Below, piece after piece: positions 63,141 through 64,000 of a stretch of 64,000 nucleotides of DNA. The translations under genes were made by a program, and so were the position numbers. The DNA comes from Podarcis gaigeae (Eukaryota): NCBI GenBank assembly GCA_964106915.2, contig OZ066916.1; one strand, 5' to 3'. Below the pieces are notes generated by a model. The model saw only the letters and a list, made by a program, of their open reading frames with translations. It was not told where the DNA came from and ran no database searches. Numbering within the stretch: position 1 is the first letter of the stretch; every line of letters starts with the position of its first letter.

Positions 63141-64000
63141 CGCAGCTCTGTTGTTTACCCACAACACTGTGTCAGCCTCACCTCCAACCCCAGTCACCCA
63201 TGATGCCTAAAAAGGTGTTCCCCAAATCGGGAAGACTTGTTGAGAAGGGTAAGTTCAAAGTGCCTAATCTATTGACAAGACAAAGAGAGGAAAAGGAAAC
63301 AAAGGTAAGTATCTAACTTTGTGTTTAGATTTTGTGAGTCACCATAAAATATGTCATAAAGCCACATGATTATTCCTTCGTGCTCATGTAGCAAAAGTAT
63401 TGGAGTACTGAGGATTCGGAAACAAGGAAGCAGTGAGGCCATGGATGCCGATATTACGTTGTTTTGTGTATGTTATAGAAAGGCATTCTGCCTTCACATT
63501 AGTCCTTTAATTGCCCTGTTACATTAGGTGCCTCTAAAGCAAGAGCAATAGTCCCACCAAACCTCATAAATATTAATAGTCCAGAAATAACTTTTAGGCT
63601 AGTCCCACATGAATGGCTATATTATGCAAAAGAACAGCATGCAAGCACAGACAGGCAGACTTGTGGGAGGCGATTAGAATGTACGAGCGGATCTATCCAG
63701 ACATCTAAATCACATTTTCTAAATACCATTATTCATTTCAATTTCGGAGCTAGGATTTTTATGAGATTTATTGTAATTTGACTCCCCAGGTGCTAAAGAA
63801 TTTAGAATGGCTGTCAGAAGCTGTATCTTTGGGGAATTGCAATCTCTAAATAACACTGAAGGGAAACGTGTTTCAAAGTAATGGGAATTACATCAAATAT
63901 TACCTTGGTCCCTGCACAGCCCAACATTCATTAGCTGAAACAAATGTATCGCTGTGCTGTATTTCCCGAGGGACCACAGAACCCCCCAAAGTTCTAGCAA

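Noticed and set aside
63134-63316. Lys/Glu-rich ORF ending at a perfect donor AAG|GTAAGT (63304/63305); considered as an exon of a neighbouring gene such as TRDN or an antisense lncRNA
   Set aside because: No recognisable homology, starts in a MIR remnant, and TRDN would be expected on the opposite strand; an isolated donor is insufficient evidence

Overview
Eukaryotic (vertebrate) genomic DNA from a squamate reptile, probably a lacertid lizard, judging by the Sauria SINE, BovB and CR1 repeat content. The window holds one complete protein-coding gene on the + strand: CLVS2 (clavesin-2, neuronal CRAL-TRIO/Sec14 protein). Its five coding exons (17814-18202, 24202-24376, 45258-45368, 47658-47878, 51645-51732) splice GT-AG into a 984-nt ORF, i.e. 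327 aa ending in the clathrin box LLSLD. The gene has a CpG-island promoter (~15.6-16.8 kb), a uORF-rich 5'UTR and a probably ~7.4-kb 3'UTR. The rest is intron or intergenic DNA with many transposable-element remnants: Sauria SINEs, tRNA-SINEs, BovB/RTE, CR1, Tc1/Tigger and hAT MITEs, and Penelope-like fragments. Most notable observations: (1) an intact minimal hammerhead ribozyme in a Penelope-like remnant, plus a second copy whose fold-back junction lies at the predicted cleavage site; (2) an in-frame GUG preceded by the optimal Kozak 5' context GCCACC that could add 78 aa to CLVS2; (3) several long (near-)perfect intronic hairpins; (4) a long-spacer REST/NRSE site; (5) a cluster of miR-183/96/182 seed sites in the 3'UTR. 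Almost all short ORFs in the supplied track are spurious or TE-derived. Repeat family names come from recalled similarity, not database searches.
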